Notes: generated from the sequence alone by a model not told the origin. 64,000 nucleotides of DNA from an uncultured Candidatus Saccharibacteria bacterium (GCA_964350885.1 CAYGKV010000002.1:36427-100426), one strand, 5' to 3'; counted from the first letter of the stretch, positions 27,070 to 37,178 are shown. Numbers and translations are program-made.

Positions 27070-27354
27070 TTACCGTTTACCATCAAGCCACTTATCCGCA
27101 TCACTCACATTCGTAAACGCAGGAGAAAACGCCGCATCATTGCCCTCCCTGATGTCGCGAAGGGCTTGGTCGAGTATCTTTCGGGTCTTCGCATTCGGCA
27201 CAAGCGGCTCTCCAAACTCAATGCGCTGGTCCTTGGCGAATTGTTTGAGCTGACGGTTCACTACCATTGAGAGCGGTACGCCGATTTTCTTTGCCACCCT
27301 TCGGGCATTATCGCGTACATCTTTGTCCACCTTAAAACTCATGACTGTTTTCAT
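27070..27354 (-). CDS. DinJ/RelB-like antitoxin (start uncertain: Met at 27354 or 27342)
   Basis: MSFKVDKDVRDNARRVAKKIGVPLSMVVNRQLKQF ribbon-helix-helix N-terminus. Lies 6 nt upstream of the toxin. Confidence 0.6.
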   Translation of the reverse strand: MKTVMSFKVDKDVRDNARRVAKKIGVPLSMVVNRQLKQFAKDQRIEFGEPLVPNAKTRKILDQALRDIREGNDAAFSPAFTNVSDADKWLDGKR

Positions 27355-27436
27355 ATATACTGATGGATTAGAAGTATAACCTAAGTATATACAACGGTAG
27401 TATTTTGTCAACCTATCAAATCCCCGCGCACTGTAC

Positions 27437-27733
27437 CTACTTGCCCCCTTTTTGAACTTGCTGAATCCCCTGCTTCACGCCTCTCGCAAAGTCGTGCCCG
27501 AACTCACTGACCTTCCCTGCGGCTTTCTTCAACGCATCTTTTGCTTTTTGCTGACCGGGCTTTGATTCTTGCCACTTCTTCTCTGCATCCCGTGCGAGCT
27601 CAGCGGTCTTCTCCTTAAGCGCCTCTATGCTCGCTGCTGTGCCCACGATGGCATCGCGTGTCGCTTTGGCCACATCCCATGGCTTCTCTGTGTTTGGGGT
27701 ATTCATATACGGAAAGTATACGAAACCTCCCAT
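27437..27733 (-). CDS. Small hydrophilic Lys/Ala-rich protein, hypothetical
   Basis: ORF only. No family assigned. Confidence 0.35.
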   Translation of the reverse strand: MGGFVYFPYMNTPNTEKPWDVAKATRDAIVGTAASIEALKEKTAELARDAEKKWQESKPGQQKAKDALKKAAGKVSEFGHDFARGVKQGIQQVQKGGK

Positions 27734-27806
27734 GAATCCCTCGTGAACTTCTGTCCGCTGTCCTCTTGGCTGTGGCCAGTTGTCGTGATCGCCGCTCTTG
27801 CCACCT

Positions 27807-28322
27807 CTAATCTTTTCTCACGAACTGCGCGTCGATTGTTGGTTCTGCGCCACTTTTGACAAGTTGGCCTGTAATCATGACGACATCACCTACCTCAATA
27901 TTTTCCGAGGCTGCCTTCTGGCCCTTTGATGTTAAGAACTTCGTACCGGAGTCAGTGGTTATCGTCCACGTAAAATTCATCGAGTCCCAATCCATTGATA
28001 CACGTATGGTGCTGCGGGATTTTTCTATAACGGTAGCGCCGCGCAGAAGCACCAGGCCATTGTTCGCAATGTGTACTTCACGCATGGGTGCCTCCCTGGT
28101 CGCGATCATCGCTGCCGCCGCTTCTGCTTGGCCGGTTGCTGAGAGATACACCGTACCCGAGGAGACGCCGCCTGCGACACCTTTCTGCGGCAGTGTCCAT
28201 GCTTGCACTTGGTACACAAACAGGCCAGCTAAGAAAAGCACGGCAACCGAAGCTACCGCGACAAAGAGTGTTCCGCGCGAGAACGAGAATAGAAATGGGA
28301 TGGTGCGCAGTGAGAGCGGCAT
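27807..28322 (-). CDS. Hypothetical membrane-anchored protein (start moved to MPLSLRT)
   Basis: One N-terminal TM. The start at 28367 would overlap the GlsB-family gene. Confidence 0.45.
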   Translation of the reverse strand: MPLSLRTIPFLFSFSRGTLFVAVASVAVLFLAGLFVYQVQAWTLPQKGVAGGVSSGTVYLSATGQAEAAAAMIATREAPMREVHIANNGLVLLRGATVIEKSRSTIRVSMDWDSMNFTWTITTDSGTKFLTSKGQKAASENIEVGDVVMITGQLVKSGAEPTIDAQFVRKD

Positions 28323-28327
28323 AGATT

Positions 28328-28579
28328 TTAACGCCGCAGAGCTCTCACAATGACGATGAGTACACACGCGCCCACAAGCGCCACGAGGAAGCTATACAGA
28401 TTGAAGCCGCCTACACCGGATTCTCCAACAAGGCTCATGAGCCAACCGCCTATAACAGCACCCACGATACCGACAATGACATTTAATATAATCCCTTGCT
28501 CGGCGTCTGTCTTCATAATGAGAGAAGCAACCCAGCCAACAAGCCCGCCGAATACAATCCAAATAATGACTCCTTCCAT
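28328..28579 (-). CDS. GlsB/YeaQ/YmgE (transglycosylase-associated) family small membrane protein
   Basis: IIWIVFGGLVGWVASLIM...GIILNVIVGIVGAVIGGWL signature. Confidence 0.8.
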   Translation of the reverse strand: MEGVIIWIVFGGLVGWVASLIMKTDAEQGIILNVIVGIVGAVIGGWLMSLVGESGVGGFNLYSFLVALVGACVLIVIVRALRR

Positions 28580-28582
28580 ATA

Positions 28583-29059
28583 TTATTGTTCTTGAGCGTT
28601 TAATTTGATCGCCGCCTCTGGAGTCGAAACTGTTTTTCCCATCAGGAATAACCTGACGACACCGTACGCCAACACGAGATACACAAACATTGCGAGAAGT
28701 GTCGTCCATTCGAAGATGTTGCCTGCAACTTGCGAAACGCGGAAGACATTGAGGAATGGGGCGGCAAAAACATACGTTACTCCGTAGATGAAGGCGCTGA
28801 AGCCGGCATCAGGGTTTGCCCCCAGTAATTTGAGAACGAACCGGAAGGCGAGCAATATTTCTATGAGACCGAGGATATACCACGCGATCTGTGTGCCTCG
28901 ATACAGTGGCTTTGTGCTGGGAGAATTGAATGAGTCCATATCTATAGTGTGTTTATCTTTGTAGGATGAGAGGGTATTTAAGTCGACGCTCATAAATTTA
29001 TAATCTTGTTCATGAACAATAGCCAATAGCAGATGAAGAGTAGGTGAAGGGAGATGCAA
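28583..29059 (-). CDS. YggT/YlmG-family membrane protein (true start probably an internal Met)
   Basis: ILGLIEILLAFRFVLKLLGANP...FIYGVTYVFAAPF matches YggT. Confidence 0.6.
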   Translation of the reverse strand: MHLPSPTLHLLLAIVHEQDYKFMSVDLNTLSSYKDKHTIDMDSFNSPSTKPLYRGTQIAWYILGLIEILLAFRFVLKLLGANPDAGFSAFIYGVTYVFAAPFLNVFRVSQVAGNIFEWTTLLAMFVYLVLAYGVVRLFLMGKTVSTPEAAIKLNAQEQ

Positions 29060-29062
29060 CGA

Positions 29063-29090
29063 GCCGCCGCGTTAAACGCGGCGGCTTTTC
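29063..29090 (+). terminator. GC-rich hairpin followed by TTTT on the plus strand
   Basis: GCCGCCGCG-ttaaa-CGCGGCGGC-ttttct. Placement is odd, since the flanking genes are on the minus strand. It could be an orphan terminator or a 5'-UTR structure of the YggT-family gene. Confidence 0.35.
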
Positions 29091-29130
29091 TGCAGTCCCA
29101 AGATTCTCAGAATCAATTCGGGCGACTTTT

Positions 29131-30213
29131 TTATTTTGTCTTGAAGGTCTCGCGATCTCCACGCACCACTCCAACACCACTTTGTGCCACGAGGCGGACG
29201 TAATACGTCGTGTTGGGGTTTAGACCTGAAACGTCTGAATCGACTGAGGTGGGGTTCGTGCCTGCCCCCGCCGATTTCTGAGCCGTAGTCTTGAGCAACA
29301 CTGATCCCAAAAGAGAATCGGTGCTGTACTCAAACCAGTACTTCGTTTCGGTTCCATTGGGATCGACGGTGCCACGCATCGTTGCGGTCGAGGTGCCTAT
29401 GGCATTTGTGCTTCTCGTGGTAGCAGAGGGGGCAACTCCAGCTGGAGGGCCATTCGTCGTGAAGCTCTGCGTCGAACCATTCACCGTACCGTATTGATTC
29501 TGTGCATTGACGCGGAAGTAGTATTTCGTCTGCGGATTCAACCCAGAGACAGCGGCAGAGACCGCGACTGCGCCACTTCCCGTACCGGCTGATTGGAATG
29601 CGGACACTCGGCCGAAGTCAGTGGTGACCCCGTACTCGAACCAGAACGTCGTTTGCGACGCATGCGGATCTACTCGTCCATGCAGAGTCGCGCTGTTGCG
29701 CGCCACGTCCCCTGCCGCATTCGTGCTCGCCGAAGGAGGGGTCCCTTGCGCGGGAGGATTATTGTTGGTGCTAAAGGTTTGCGTCGCGCCATTCACCGTA
29801 CCGTATGAATTTTTGGCACTGAGACGAAAATAGTAGCTCGTATTGGCACGCAGTCCTGTAATGTAGCCTGGGGAAGGTATGGCACTCCAGCCCGAACCAA
29901 TCGCTTGTGAAGATGTCTGTTTGCCTAAAGAAGCAGATTCTCCGTACTCATACCAGTATGTCGTCGGGGCACCGTTAGGTGTTACTTTCCCTGTTACAAC
30001 AGCGGTCGAATTCGACGGCGCTACACTCGCGTCACTGACGACGCTCGGTGCGCTGGCTTGCGATTCTGGAGTCGGGATCGGGTCCGGAGTATTGACGATG
30101 GGCGTCGACGTAGCATTCCCGGGAATCGTCCCGCTTTGATTATTGTAATAAATGAAACCTCCTACCATGAGCGCCACGAGAATTACTCCTACTATAACTG
30201 CGTTCGTATTCAT
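29131..30213 (-). CDS. Secreted protein with three fibronectin-III-like repeats (start moved to MNTNAVIVG)
   Basis: N-terminal signal/TM. Three repeats ending in YYFRLSAKNSYGTVNGATQTFST, YYFRVNAQNQYGTVNGSTQSFTT and YYVRLVAQSGVGVVRGDRETFKT. Confidence 0.65.
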   Translation of the reverse strand: MNTNAVIVGVILVALMVGGFIYYNNQSGTIPGNATSTPIVNTPDPIPTPESQASAPSVVSDASVAPSNSTAVVTGKVTPNGAPTTYWYEYGESASLGKQTSSQAIGSGWSAIPSPGYITGLRANTSYYFRLSAKNSYGTVNGATQTFSTNNNPPAQGTPPSASTNAAGDVARNSATLHGRVDPHASQTTFWFEYGVTTDFGRVSAFQSAGTGSGAVAVSAAVSGLNPQTKYYFRVNAQNQYGTVNGSTQSFTTNGPPAGVAPSATTRSTNAIGTSTATMRGTVDPNGTETKYWFEYSTDSLLGSVLLKTTAQKSAGAGTNPTSVDSDVSGLNPNTTYYVRLVAQSGVGVVRGDRETFKTK

Positions 30214-30353
30214 ACGATTAAATGTATTATTACTAAGTAGACTCAATCGTACGTCCGCGTTCATGAAGAGTTGGTGAACATCGCCCGAGTAATGCATGTA
30301 CGCCGTTAACCCACGGAAGCAGGCGAGGCACTGTATGGGTGTTGCGGGAAAAA

Positions 30354-31028
30354 TCAACTGCGAAGCCGGTACCCTATACCGCGAACAGTTTCGAGGGCGC
30401 CATCCGCGTCGTCTCCATTGAGTTTTCGACGGAGGTTTTTCACATGAACGTCGACGACGTTGCTAAATCCGGCATAATTGAAATCCCACAGATGCGTGAG
30501 GAGGTCTTCGCGGTTTACGACCTGATTTGGATGACGAATGAAATATTCGAGAAGTCCGTACTCCTTCAGGGTGAGGAGTATTTCGCGTCCCGCACGTGTC
30601 GCGCGACGGGTGTTTGGATCAAGTTCGATGTCGCCTGAGTGCAAGACTTGCGGAAGTGCTTCGTTCGGCCGACGCAAAAGCGCGTGCAAGCGTGCGTTCA
30701 GTTCGGCAAAGGAAAACGGCTTCACGAGATAGTCGTCGGCGCCGGACATCAGAAGCTTTACTTTTGTGTCAGTCTCCGACTGTGCTGTGAGGATAAGCAC
30801 CGGTACCGTAACGCCCTTTTCACGCATCGTGGTACACACTTCATGCCCGCTCATCGACGGGAGATTGAGGTCGAGAATTACCACATCGTAATCACTGCGA
30901 TGCAATGAGATGCGCGTCAGCGCTTTTGCTCCGTCTGAAACGATATCGACGGTGTAGCTTTCCGCTTCGAGCCCGTGCTTGAGGGCGTCTGCAAGCTCTT
31001 TTTCATCTTCAACAAGTAATATTTTCAT
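30354..31028 (-). CDS. OmpR/PhoB-family response regulator (start at MKILLVEDE)
   Basis: Receiver domain (ILLVEDE...VVILDLNLP...VLILTA) followed by a winged-helix trans_reg_C (LTLKEYGLLEYFIRHPNQVVNREDLL...RRKL). Confidence 0.85.
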   Translation of the reverse strand: MKILLVEDEKELADALKHGLEAESYTVDIVSDGAKALTRISLHRSDYDVVILDLNLPSMSGHEVCTTMREKGVTVPVLILTAQSETDTKVKLLMSGADDYLVKPFSFAELNARLHALLRRPNEALPQVLHSGDIELDPNTRRATRAGREILLTLKEYGLLEYFIRHPNQVVNREDLLTHLWDFNYAGFSNVVDVHVKNLRRKLNGDDADGALETVRGIGYRLRS

Positions 31029-31122
31029 TGTGGTGAGGGCCCAAGCTCTTACTACACACTGCGCCTCGCATGCCACTGTACACCTTCGTAGGTGAACATT
31101 TCATGAAGATCAGAACATGCCT

Positions 31123-32352
31123 CTACTGGGCGGTGAGAGCCTTCTCGAGCCGCTCGAGGGCGAGGGCGAAAGCCGCGCGGCGGAGGTCAATCTTCAGTCG
31201 TAGACTCATACCCCACACGTTGTTAGCCTCTCGTTCGAGCAGTATGCGGAGCTTCCCGAGCACGTCTTTCTCGCTCCAATGTTCATTCTTGAGGTTTTGC
31301 TCCCACTCGTATGTCGAGACCACGACACCGCCGGCGTTTGCAAGAATATCGGGCACGACGTGGACCTTTTTTTTGAAAAGAATGTCGTCGGCCTTCGTTG
31401 AGGTCGGCCCATTAGCGAGCTCAAGCACAACCTTCGCCTTAATTTTCTTGGCATTCTTGTCTGTAATCTGACTCTCAAGCGCCGCGGGGATGAGGACATC
31501 GCATTCCAATTCCAACAGTTTCGCATTACTCACTGCTTGTGCGTCTGGAAATCCTTTGAGGCTTCCGTTTTCTTTTTTGTATTTCTCTACCTGCGCGGGA
31601 TCCAGCCCATGCTCCGCATACACCCCACTTTTCGAATCCGACATGGCAAGAATTGTGTGTCCATGCTGATGAAATATTCTTGCAGCGTGCCCACCTACGT
31701 TTCCCATCCCCTGTATGACAACCGTCACAGAATCCGGAAGTTTCATATTTTTCTGTAACGCTTCAAATACATAAAACCCTCCGACTCCAGTCGCTGCCCC
31801 GCGCCCCTCCGAGCCACCATTGTCGAGCGGCTTCCCCGTGAAGGTCGCGTTGCGTTTGTCGCCGGTTATTTTGTTATACTCATCTGCCATCCACGTCATT
31901 ATTTCGGACGTTGTATTCACATCCGGCGCTGGCACGTCTCGCTCCGGCCCCAAAAGAGGATGGAGTGCGCGCACCCAGCCACGCGAAAGACGCTCGAGTT
32001 CGGCTTTGGAAAGCTGGCGCGGATCGACGGTGACTCCTCCCTTCCCGCCCCCCATGGGAATTCCCGCGACGGCGCATTTGAGCGCCATCCAGAAAGCGAG
32101 TGCGCGGACTTCATTGATGTCAGCGTCGGGATGATATCGAATGCCGCCTTTGTAGGGCCCGCGAAGTGCGTTGTATTGCACACGAAATCCCTCAAAGACC
32201 TTGGTCTTTCCGTTATCCATTGCAACAGGGATTGAGACGGTGATCTCGCGATCTGGGTGAGCGAGCCGCGCGCGGAGTTCATCGGAGACGGCAAAGATTT
32301 TGTAGGATCTGACGAGCTGTTTTTGCGCCTCTTCAAATGGATTCGACTTCAT
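31123..32352 (-). CDS. gdhA: Glutamate dehydrogenase (start moved to MKSNPFEEAQ)
   Basis: KGGIRYHPDA (the catalytic Lys box), a GGxGxxG Rossmann motif (VVIQGMGNVGGHAA), and overall Glu/Leu/Phe/Val dehydrogenase architecture. Confidence 0.9.
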   Translation of the reverse strand: MKSNPFEEAQKQLVRSYKIFAVSDELRARLAHPDREITVSIPVAMDNGKTKVFEGFRVQYNALRGPYKGGIRYHPDADINEVRALAFWMALKCAVAGIPMGGGKGGVTVDPRQLSKAELERLSRGWVRALHPLLGPERDVPAPDVNTTSEIMTWMADEYNKITGDKRNATFTGKPLDNGGSEGRGAATGVGGFYVFEALQKNMKLPDSVTVVIQGMGNVGGHAARIFHQHGHTILAMSDSKSGVYAEHGLDPAQVEKYKKENGSLKGFPDAQAVSNAKLLELECDVLIPAALESQITDKNAKKIKAKVVLELANGPTSTKADDILFKKKVHVVPDILANAGGVVVSTYEWEQNLKNEHWSEKDVLGKLRILLEREANNVWGMSLRLKIDLRRAAFALALERLEKALTAQ

Positions 32353-32375
32353 GAGCCGAATAATAGACTGTCGTA

Positions 32376-33614
32376 TCAAATCTTCAACCCCACGACGACC
32401 GAGCCCGATATGGTCGAGCCGTCTGATACTGAACACGTGATAGTAAAGGTGACTGCTTCTGTGATAGGCACGGTAGCCGCGCCGCCTGAGAGAGATTGGT
32501 GATTGAAGTTGCCATCACTTGCTTTTTCGACGCAGCTGAGGACACCTTGTGCGCTCCAGAAAATCGAGGTGCGCCCACCCAACGGTACTGATGGAGGAGA
32601 CGCCCAGATATCCACCTGCGGTTGCACCGAGGGCGTGGAAGTAGCAGGGGTGGTTGAGGTCGCCCGTATCACCGTACTCCTCTGAACAAGTGTTACTTGC
32701 GAAGTCGTTGATGTGGCAAACCCCACCTGATAGCCTCGTGCCTTGCACAAATTATCGAAAAATGCGGATGTGGCTATTTTCGAGAGGAAGTTGCTCGACC
32801 AGGGGCGAGACTGACACCATCGGGCGACAAGACTCGTAGACTGTTGACCGCTTGATGTTTCTGATCCAAGAAAGCCCGAAATTTCAACATTTCTTTCCTC
32901 ATCACGAAAACCTGCGATGATTGTCGCGTCTCGAAAACGCGTCAAAATATCACCACGCAGACCTACCGCTGGACCATTCAAGCCACCGAGATTTGGCTGG
33001 AATATAGTGCGTAATGGTGGAGATGCACGAGGGGTCGTGGGGGCAGTGCCTGTGGCACCTGTCGTTGCCGGAACGATTATCGCCGGATTGATAATCCCAC
33101 TTACCGGATCTAGAGTCACATCAATCCCCGCCGAAACATCCGGCACATACTGCGCACATGGATCGGATAGCCGAGAAATATCTGATGTCTGGAAATACTG
33201 AGTACATCCCTCAAAGCCGGGTGGTGATGTCCATCCGCCACCTCCCCCGCCGCCCTGCATGAGCTTGTCCATGAGCTGCTTTAACACGTCGGAGAGGAGC
33301 TTCTGCGCGGGATCAAACGTACCATCACTGTTGGAAAGTGCTTTGCATTTGAAAGTAGCGACGCATTTGCCCATCGTCCTAAACCCCTGCGTGTCATCCC
33401 AACAATCGCACATAAATTTATTGTTGCCGGCTTTGCAGCCATGCTTACCCATGACCTTGCCACAACCGCATTCTTGTTTGACGGGGACACACATCTCATT
33501 TGCTTCCAAGCTAAGCCCTTGTACTGCCATCGGTAAAACAAACATGACCGAAATGAAGACAGGTGTCGCAAGCGCATAGATGGCTTTTGAGTGATACGCG
33601 CTATACACATTCAT
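32376..33614 (-). CDS. Secreted cysteine-rich protein, hypothetical
   Basis: Signal peptide, then a about 60-aa segment with 12 Cys (CVPVKQECGCGKVMGKHGCKAGNNKFMCDCW...), then a Thr/Ser/Gly-rich region. Confidence 0.5.
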   Translation of the reverse strand: MNVYSAYHSKAIYALATPVFISVMFVLPMAVQGLSLEANEMCVPVKQECGCGKVMGKHGCKAGNNKFMCDCWDDTQGFRTMGKCVATFKCKALSNSDGTFDPAQKLLSDVLKQLMDKLMQGGGGGGGWTSPPGFEGCTQYFQTSDISRLSDPCAQYVPDVSAGIDVTLDPVSGIINPAIIVPATTGATGTAPTTPRASPPLRTIFQPNLGGLNGPAVGLRGDILTRFRDATIIAGFRDEERNVEISGFLGSETSSGQQSTSLVARWCQSRPWSSNFLSKIATSAFFDNLCKARGYQVGFATSTTSQVTLVQRSTVIRATSTTPATSTPSVQPQVDIWASPPSVPLGGRTSIFWSAQGVLSCVEKASDGNFNHQSLSGGAATVPITEAVTFTITCSVSDGSTISGSVVVGLKI

Positions 33615-33632
33615 AGAATACCTTTTATCGTA

Positions 33633-34271
33633 TCACAGCCCCGAGAGGGCAAACCGCTCTAGCGCATTCTCAAGCTCCTCTCCTCGGCGACGCGCTTCGT
33701 GCGGAAGTTCGGCGAGGGCGACAACGAGTCTTCGTGCTCGTTCTTTCGCTTCGCCAGGCCGAGATTTCATAAAAAAATCCTTCGCTCCCCAAAAGAGTAC
33801 GCCGTGCAAGGCTTCGGGAGCAGTGCCTTTCACAAATTCTTTCTGCAAAGCAAGCCAGAGCGCTCGCTTGTCTCCGCGCGCAAGTGCGTGCCCCAAATCG
33901 AATACACTGCTATCGCGCTTCTTCGCCGCCGCGTCATAGCGTTCGGATCGCTCCGCATACTTCTCTACTCGTTTTCGTGTATCCGCATCGAGCTTCTCTT
34001 CAAGTATGAAAAAGGGTTCTTTTGCTTTCCCCAAAATCGGGAGCGAGCTCATGATGCGTACTCGCATGTCTGCGTTGTTCAGCACTCCGTCAAACACAAC
34101 TATTTGTGCGTCCCCAAACATTCCCTCGCCTTGGAGCGAGGCTTCCAAATCAGCAAGCGTGTTGGCATCGGAAATACGCGTGATCGTGGCATGCCCAGAT
34201 TCTTTTTGTACCGCGGTGTTGAGCGCGGCGCGCGCCTTCTCTCGATCAGTCCCGGTGTATAAATACAACAT
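33633..34271 (-). CDS. holA: DNA polymerase III delta subunit-like (short)
   Basis: MLYLYTGTD start and a C-terminal LGHALARGDKRALWLALQKEFVKGTAPEALHGVLFW pattern resembling HolA. It is 212 aa, shorter than typical. Sits next to polA. Confidence 0.4.
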   Translation of the reverse strand: MLYLYTGTDREKARAALNTAVQKESGHATITRISDANTLADLEASLQGEGMFGDAQIVVFDGVLNNADMRVRIMSSLPILGKAKEPFFILEEKLDADTRKRVEKYAERSERYDAAAKKRDSSVFDLGHALARGDKRALWLALQKEFVKGTAPEALHGVLFWGAKDFFMKSRPGEAKERARRLVVALAELPHEARRRGEELENALERFALSGL

Positions 34272-34272
34272 A

Positions 34273-36681
34273 CTATCGAGGGATTTTTTTCATCGCTCCC
34301 CAATTCTGACCCACCGCTGCTTCTGCGATAATAGGGACATATGAGAGTTTCGCGATCGGGGCCACGGATTCCATCACGCTCCGTATCGCTGGAGCGACCT
34401 CACGCACGATCGCTTCATCAACTTCATACACCAATTCGTCGTGTACCTGGAGCACCAGCGCTACGCGATCTCGCCAGCCATTTTTCTCGATGAGTGTATC
34501 CGCTTCTACCATCGCGCGCTTCACGATGTCGGACTGCGTGCCTTGGATGGGCGCGTTTACCGCCATGCGCTCGGCTTGCGCTTTGAGACCCGGGATGGAT
34601 GACTTGAGCGCAGGAAAATATCTTCGTCGTCCGTAGAGGGTCTCCGTGTACCCGAGCCGAGTCGCTTCCGCTTTCGTGTTTTCAATGTAGCGCGCGAGGC
34701 CAGAAAAATCTTTGAAGTACTCTTCGAGAAACACAGCGGCGTCCTCGCGTGAGACACTTTCGCCCAAACTCGCACGCAACGCATTCACGCCCATGCCGTA
34801 CAAAATGCCGAAGTTGATGACCTTCGCCTTGCGCCGCATTTCATAATCCACCTTGTCTTCTGATACGTTAAATACTTCCGAAGCAACGGCGGCGTGCACG
34901 TCCCCTCCCTGCTTAAAAACCTCCACGAGTCTTCTGTCTCCGGAGAGGCCGGCTGCAATACGCAGTTCTATCTGCGAATAATCGAGCGCGAGCAAGACGC
35001 GATTCTTCGGCGCGGCAAACGCAGATCGGATGCGCCGACCCAAGTCCGACTTGATAGGAATGTTCTGAAGATTAGGGTTTTGGCAACCCATACGCCCTGT
35101 CACGGTGCCAGTTTGCAAGAACTCTGCTCGCAAACGACTATCCGCCCCGAGGAGAGCGGGCATTTTTTCTATATACGTGGAGAGAAGTTTCTGAAGCTCA
35201 CGATATGCAAGAATGTCAGCGATGATCGGATGCATGCCCGCGAGCTTCTCAAGCTCACTCTCTTTTGTCGTCCGAGCTCCTCCCGCCGTTTTCTTCTGAC
35301 GCACGGGGTTTACCTTCAGCTCGTCATACAAAATAACACCAAGTTGTTTGGGAGAATTGATGTTGAATTCGTGGCCAGCGTGAGCGTAAATCTTTCCAGC
35401 GCGTATTCCCAATTCTTTCCCATATTCTCGAGAAAGTTCTTTGAGGTGCGGAGCATCGACGTACACTCCCGTCGCGTTCATACGCTGCACAATTGAAATC
35501 AGCGGCTTTTCTATTGTCTCGAAGACTTCGTGCAGGCGCCCGGTCGAGCGCAATTCTTTGAACACCGCCTCGCGCGCCTGTTCAAAATCTTCCGTCCGCG
35601 CATACTCCAATATGTCATCGAGTGTCGGATTCGTCGTGTCCGAATGAAGGAGCCAGAGCGCGAGAGCCGTTTCCCGCAATTCATTTTCATCAACGGCGGG
35701 TCGCTCTGCTGATGAATCCGCGCGTGCGTGTTCTTCGCTCCCACGCTGTGCCAGCTGTATGCGCCCTTTGAGTGAGCGAAATTCGAGCTCATCGCACAGC
35801 GCTGCTATTCCCTCTGCGTGATCTTCCATCCGCCATGGATGATCCGGCAATTCAAACGTAATCGGCACGTCGCGATGAATGGTAGCCAAGTGCTTCGACA
35901 AACGCGAGGCCTCCTCACCCTCTTTGAGGAGAGTGATGACGCGCGGCTTGATACCTTTTTTCGCAAATTCGTCCGGCGTCTTCTTCAACGTCTTGTAAAT
36001 GTTTTCTATGGAACCAAATTGTTGTATAAGCTCCGTCGCCGTCTTTTCTCCAATCCCCTTAATCCCCTTTATGTTGTCCGACTGATCGCCGCACATACCC
36101 TTGTAATCAGTCACATGCTCGGGGCCAAAACCATACCGCTCATGCACAGCTTTCTCATCATAGAATTTCATGTTGGAAATCCCGGTGAGAAGCCGATAGA
36201 CAGTCACGCGACCATCGACAATAAGCTGCAACATGTCCATATCGCCCGTGAGGATGACGGTCTCGAGGTCTTTTCTTTTCGCAACCTGTGCCGCTACCGT
36301 CCCCACCACATCATCCGCTTCGTATCCCACCGCGTCGAGAACCGGAATTCCAAACGCATCGAATACGCTATTCGCCCTCTTCAATTGTTCTACCAACGCA
36401 TCTTCCGTCTTTGCTCGCGCCCCTTTGTACTCTTCGAACAACTCGTGACGATATGTCTTTTCTGCACGATCACGCGCAGCAAGGATGTAATCGGGTTTCA
36501 AATCGGCAATTGATTTGAGAAGCATCGTCATGAGGCCATAGAGCGCCCCTGTCGGTGCGCCGTCTGAAGAAGAAAGATCGGGGAGCGCGTGGTACGCACG
36601 GTGAAGAATCGCGTGCGAATCGAGCAGCAAGAGACGCTTCGGCTGTCCACCGTCTTCTGATTTAATTTTTTTCTGTGCCAT
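34273..36681 (-). CDS. polA: DNA polymerase I (5'-3' exonuclease + polymerase domains; start at MAQKKIK)
   Basis: 5'-nuclease motifs (LLLLDSHAILHRAYHA, GYEADDVVGT), polymerase motif A (DYSQIELR), motif B (RRKAKVINFGILYG) and motif C (VHDELVYE). Confidence 0.9.
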   Translation of the reverse strand: MAQKKIKSEDGGQPKRLLLLDSHAILHRAYHALPDLSSSDGAPTGALYGLMTMLLKSIADLKPDYILAARDRAEKTYRHELFEEYKGARAKTEDALVEQLKRANSVFDAFGIPVLDAVGYEADDVVGTVAAQVAKRKDLETVILTGDMDMLQLIVDGRVTVYRLLTGISNMKFYDEKAVHERYGFGPEHVTDYKGMCGDQSDNIKGIKGIGEKTATELIQQFGSIENIYKTLKKTPDEFAKKGIKPRVITLLKEGEEASRLSKHLATIHRDVPITFELPDHPWRMEDHAEGIAALCDELEFRSLKGRIQLAQRGSEEHARADSSAERPAVDENELRETALALWLLHSDTTNPTLDDILEYARTEDFEQAREAVFKELRSTGRLHEVFETIEKPLISIVQRMNATGVYVDAPHLKELSREYGKELGIRAGKIYAHAGHEFNINSPKQLGVILYDELKVNPVRQKKTAGGARTTKESELEKLAGMHPIIADILAYRELQKLLSTYIEKMPALLGADSRLRAEFLQTGTVTGRMGCQNPNLQNIPIKSDLGRRIRSAFAAPKNRVLLALDYSQIELRIAAGLSGDRRLVEVFKQGGDVHAAVASEVFNVSEDKVDYEMRRKAKVINFGILYGMGVNALRASLGESVSREDAAVFLEEYFKDFSGLARYIENTKAEATRLGYTETLYGRRRYFPALKSSIPGLKAQAERMAVNAPIQGTQSDIVKRAMVEADTLIEKNGWRDRVALVLQVHDELVYEVDEAIVREVAPAIRSVMESVAPIAKLSYVPIIAEAAVGQNWGAMKKIPR

Positions 36682-37123
36682 ACGTGATGGTGCGTGAATC
36701 ACCAGATCCATGCAGTGTAATGCGGATGACATCCTTCGGCACGGCCTCCGCCACGCGCTCGGGCCACTCGAGTACGATGAGATTGCCCGGGTCCTGCAGA
36801 AGCTCTCTCCATCCTAGATGCTCAAGCTCGTGCACCCCCCGTAGTCGATACGCATCTATATGAACAAGACGTGTGAATTTCTGCCCCTTGAGCCCTTCCT
36901 GCACAGGCAGGGCATAGATCTTCTCAAGGACGAATGTCGGGCTCGTGACCACCTCTTCTACACCAAACGCTTCCGCAACTGCCTGTGCAAACGTAGTCTT
37001 CCCCGCGCCCAGCTCCCCTGAGAGCGCGACGACAGTCGCGTGTGCTTTGTGCGGTACAAGGCCGCTCACAAATTCAGCCGCATGCCGCTTCATGGCCTCC
37101 GCGTCCACAATCTTGGGCTTCAT
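36662..37123 (-). CDS. tsaE: tRNA threonylcarbamoyladenosine biosynthesis ATPase TsaE (YjeE)
   Basis: Walker A LSGELGAGKTTFAQA followed by VTSPTFVL, which is the TsaE signature. Confidence 0.85.
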   Translation of the reverse strand: MKPKIVDAEAMKRHAAEFVSGLVPHKAHATVVALSGELGAGKTTFAQAVAEAFGVEEVVTSPTFVLEKIYALPVQEGLKGQKFTRLVHIDAYRLRGVHELEHLGWRELLQDPGNLIVLEWPERVAEAVPKDVIRITLHGSGDSRTITYGTEKN

Positions 37124-37178
37124 ACAGGCATTCTATCACCCACTCATTTTCTGCCCGTGATGCGCTACAATAGGGGGA

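Noticed and set aside
35818-36513. 231-aa plus ORF (and 34894-35496)
   Set aside because: Antisense within polA. No motifs.
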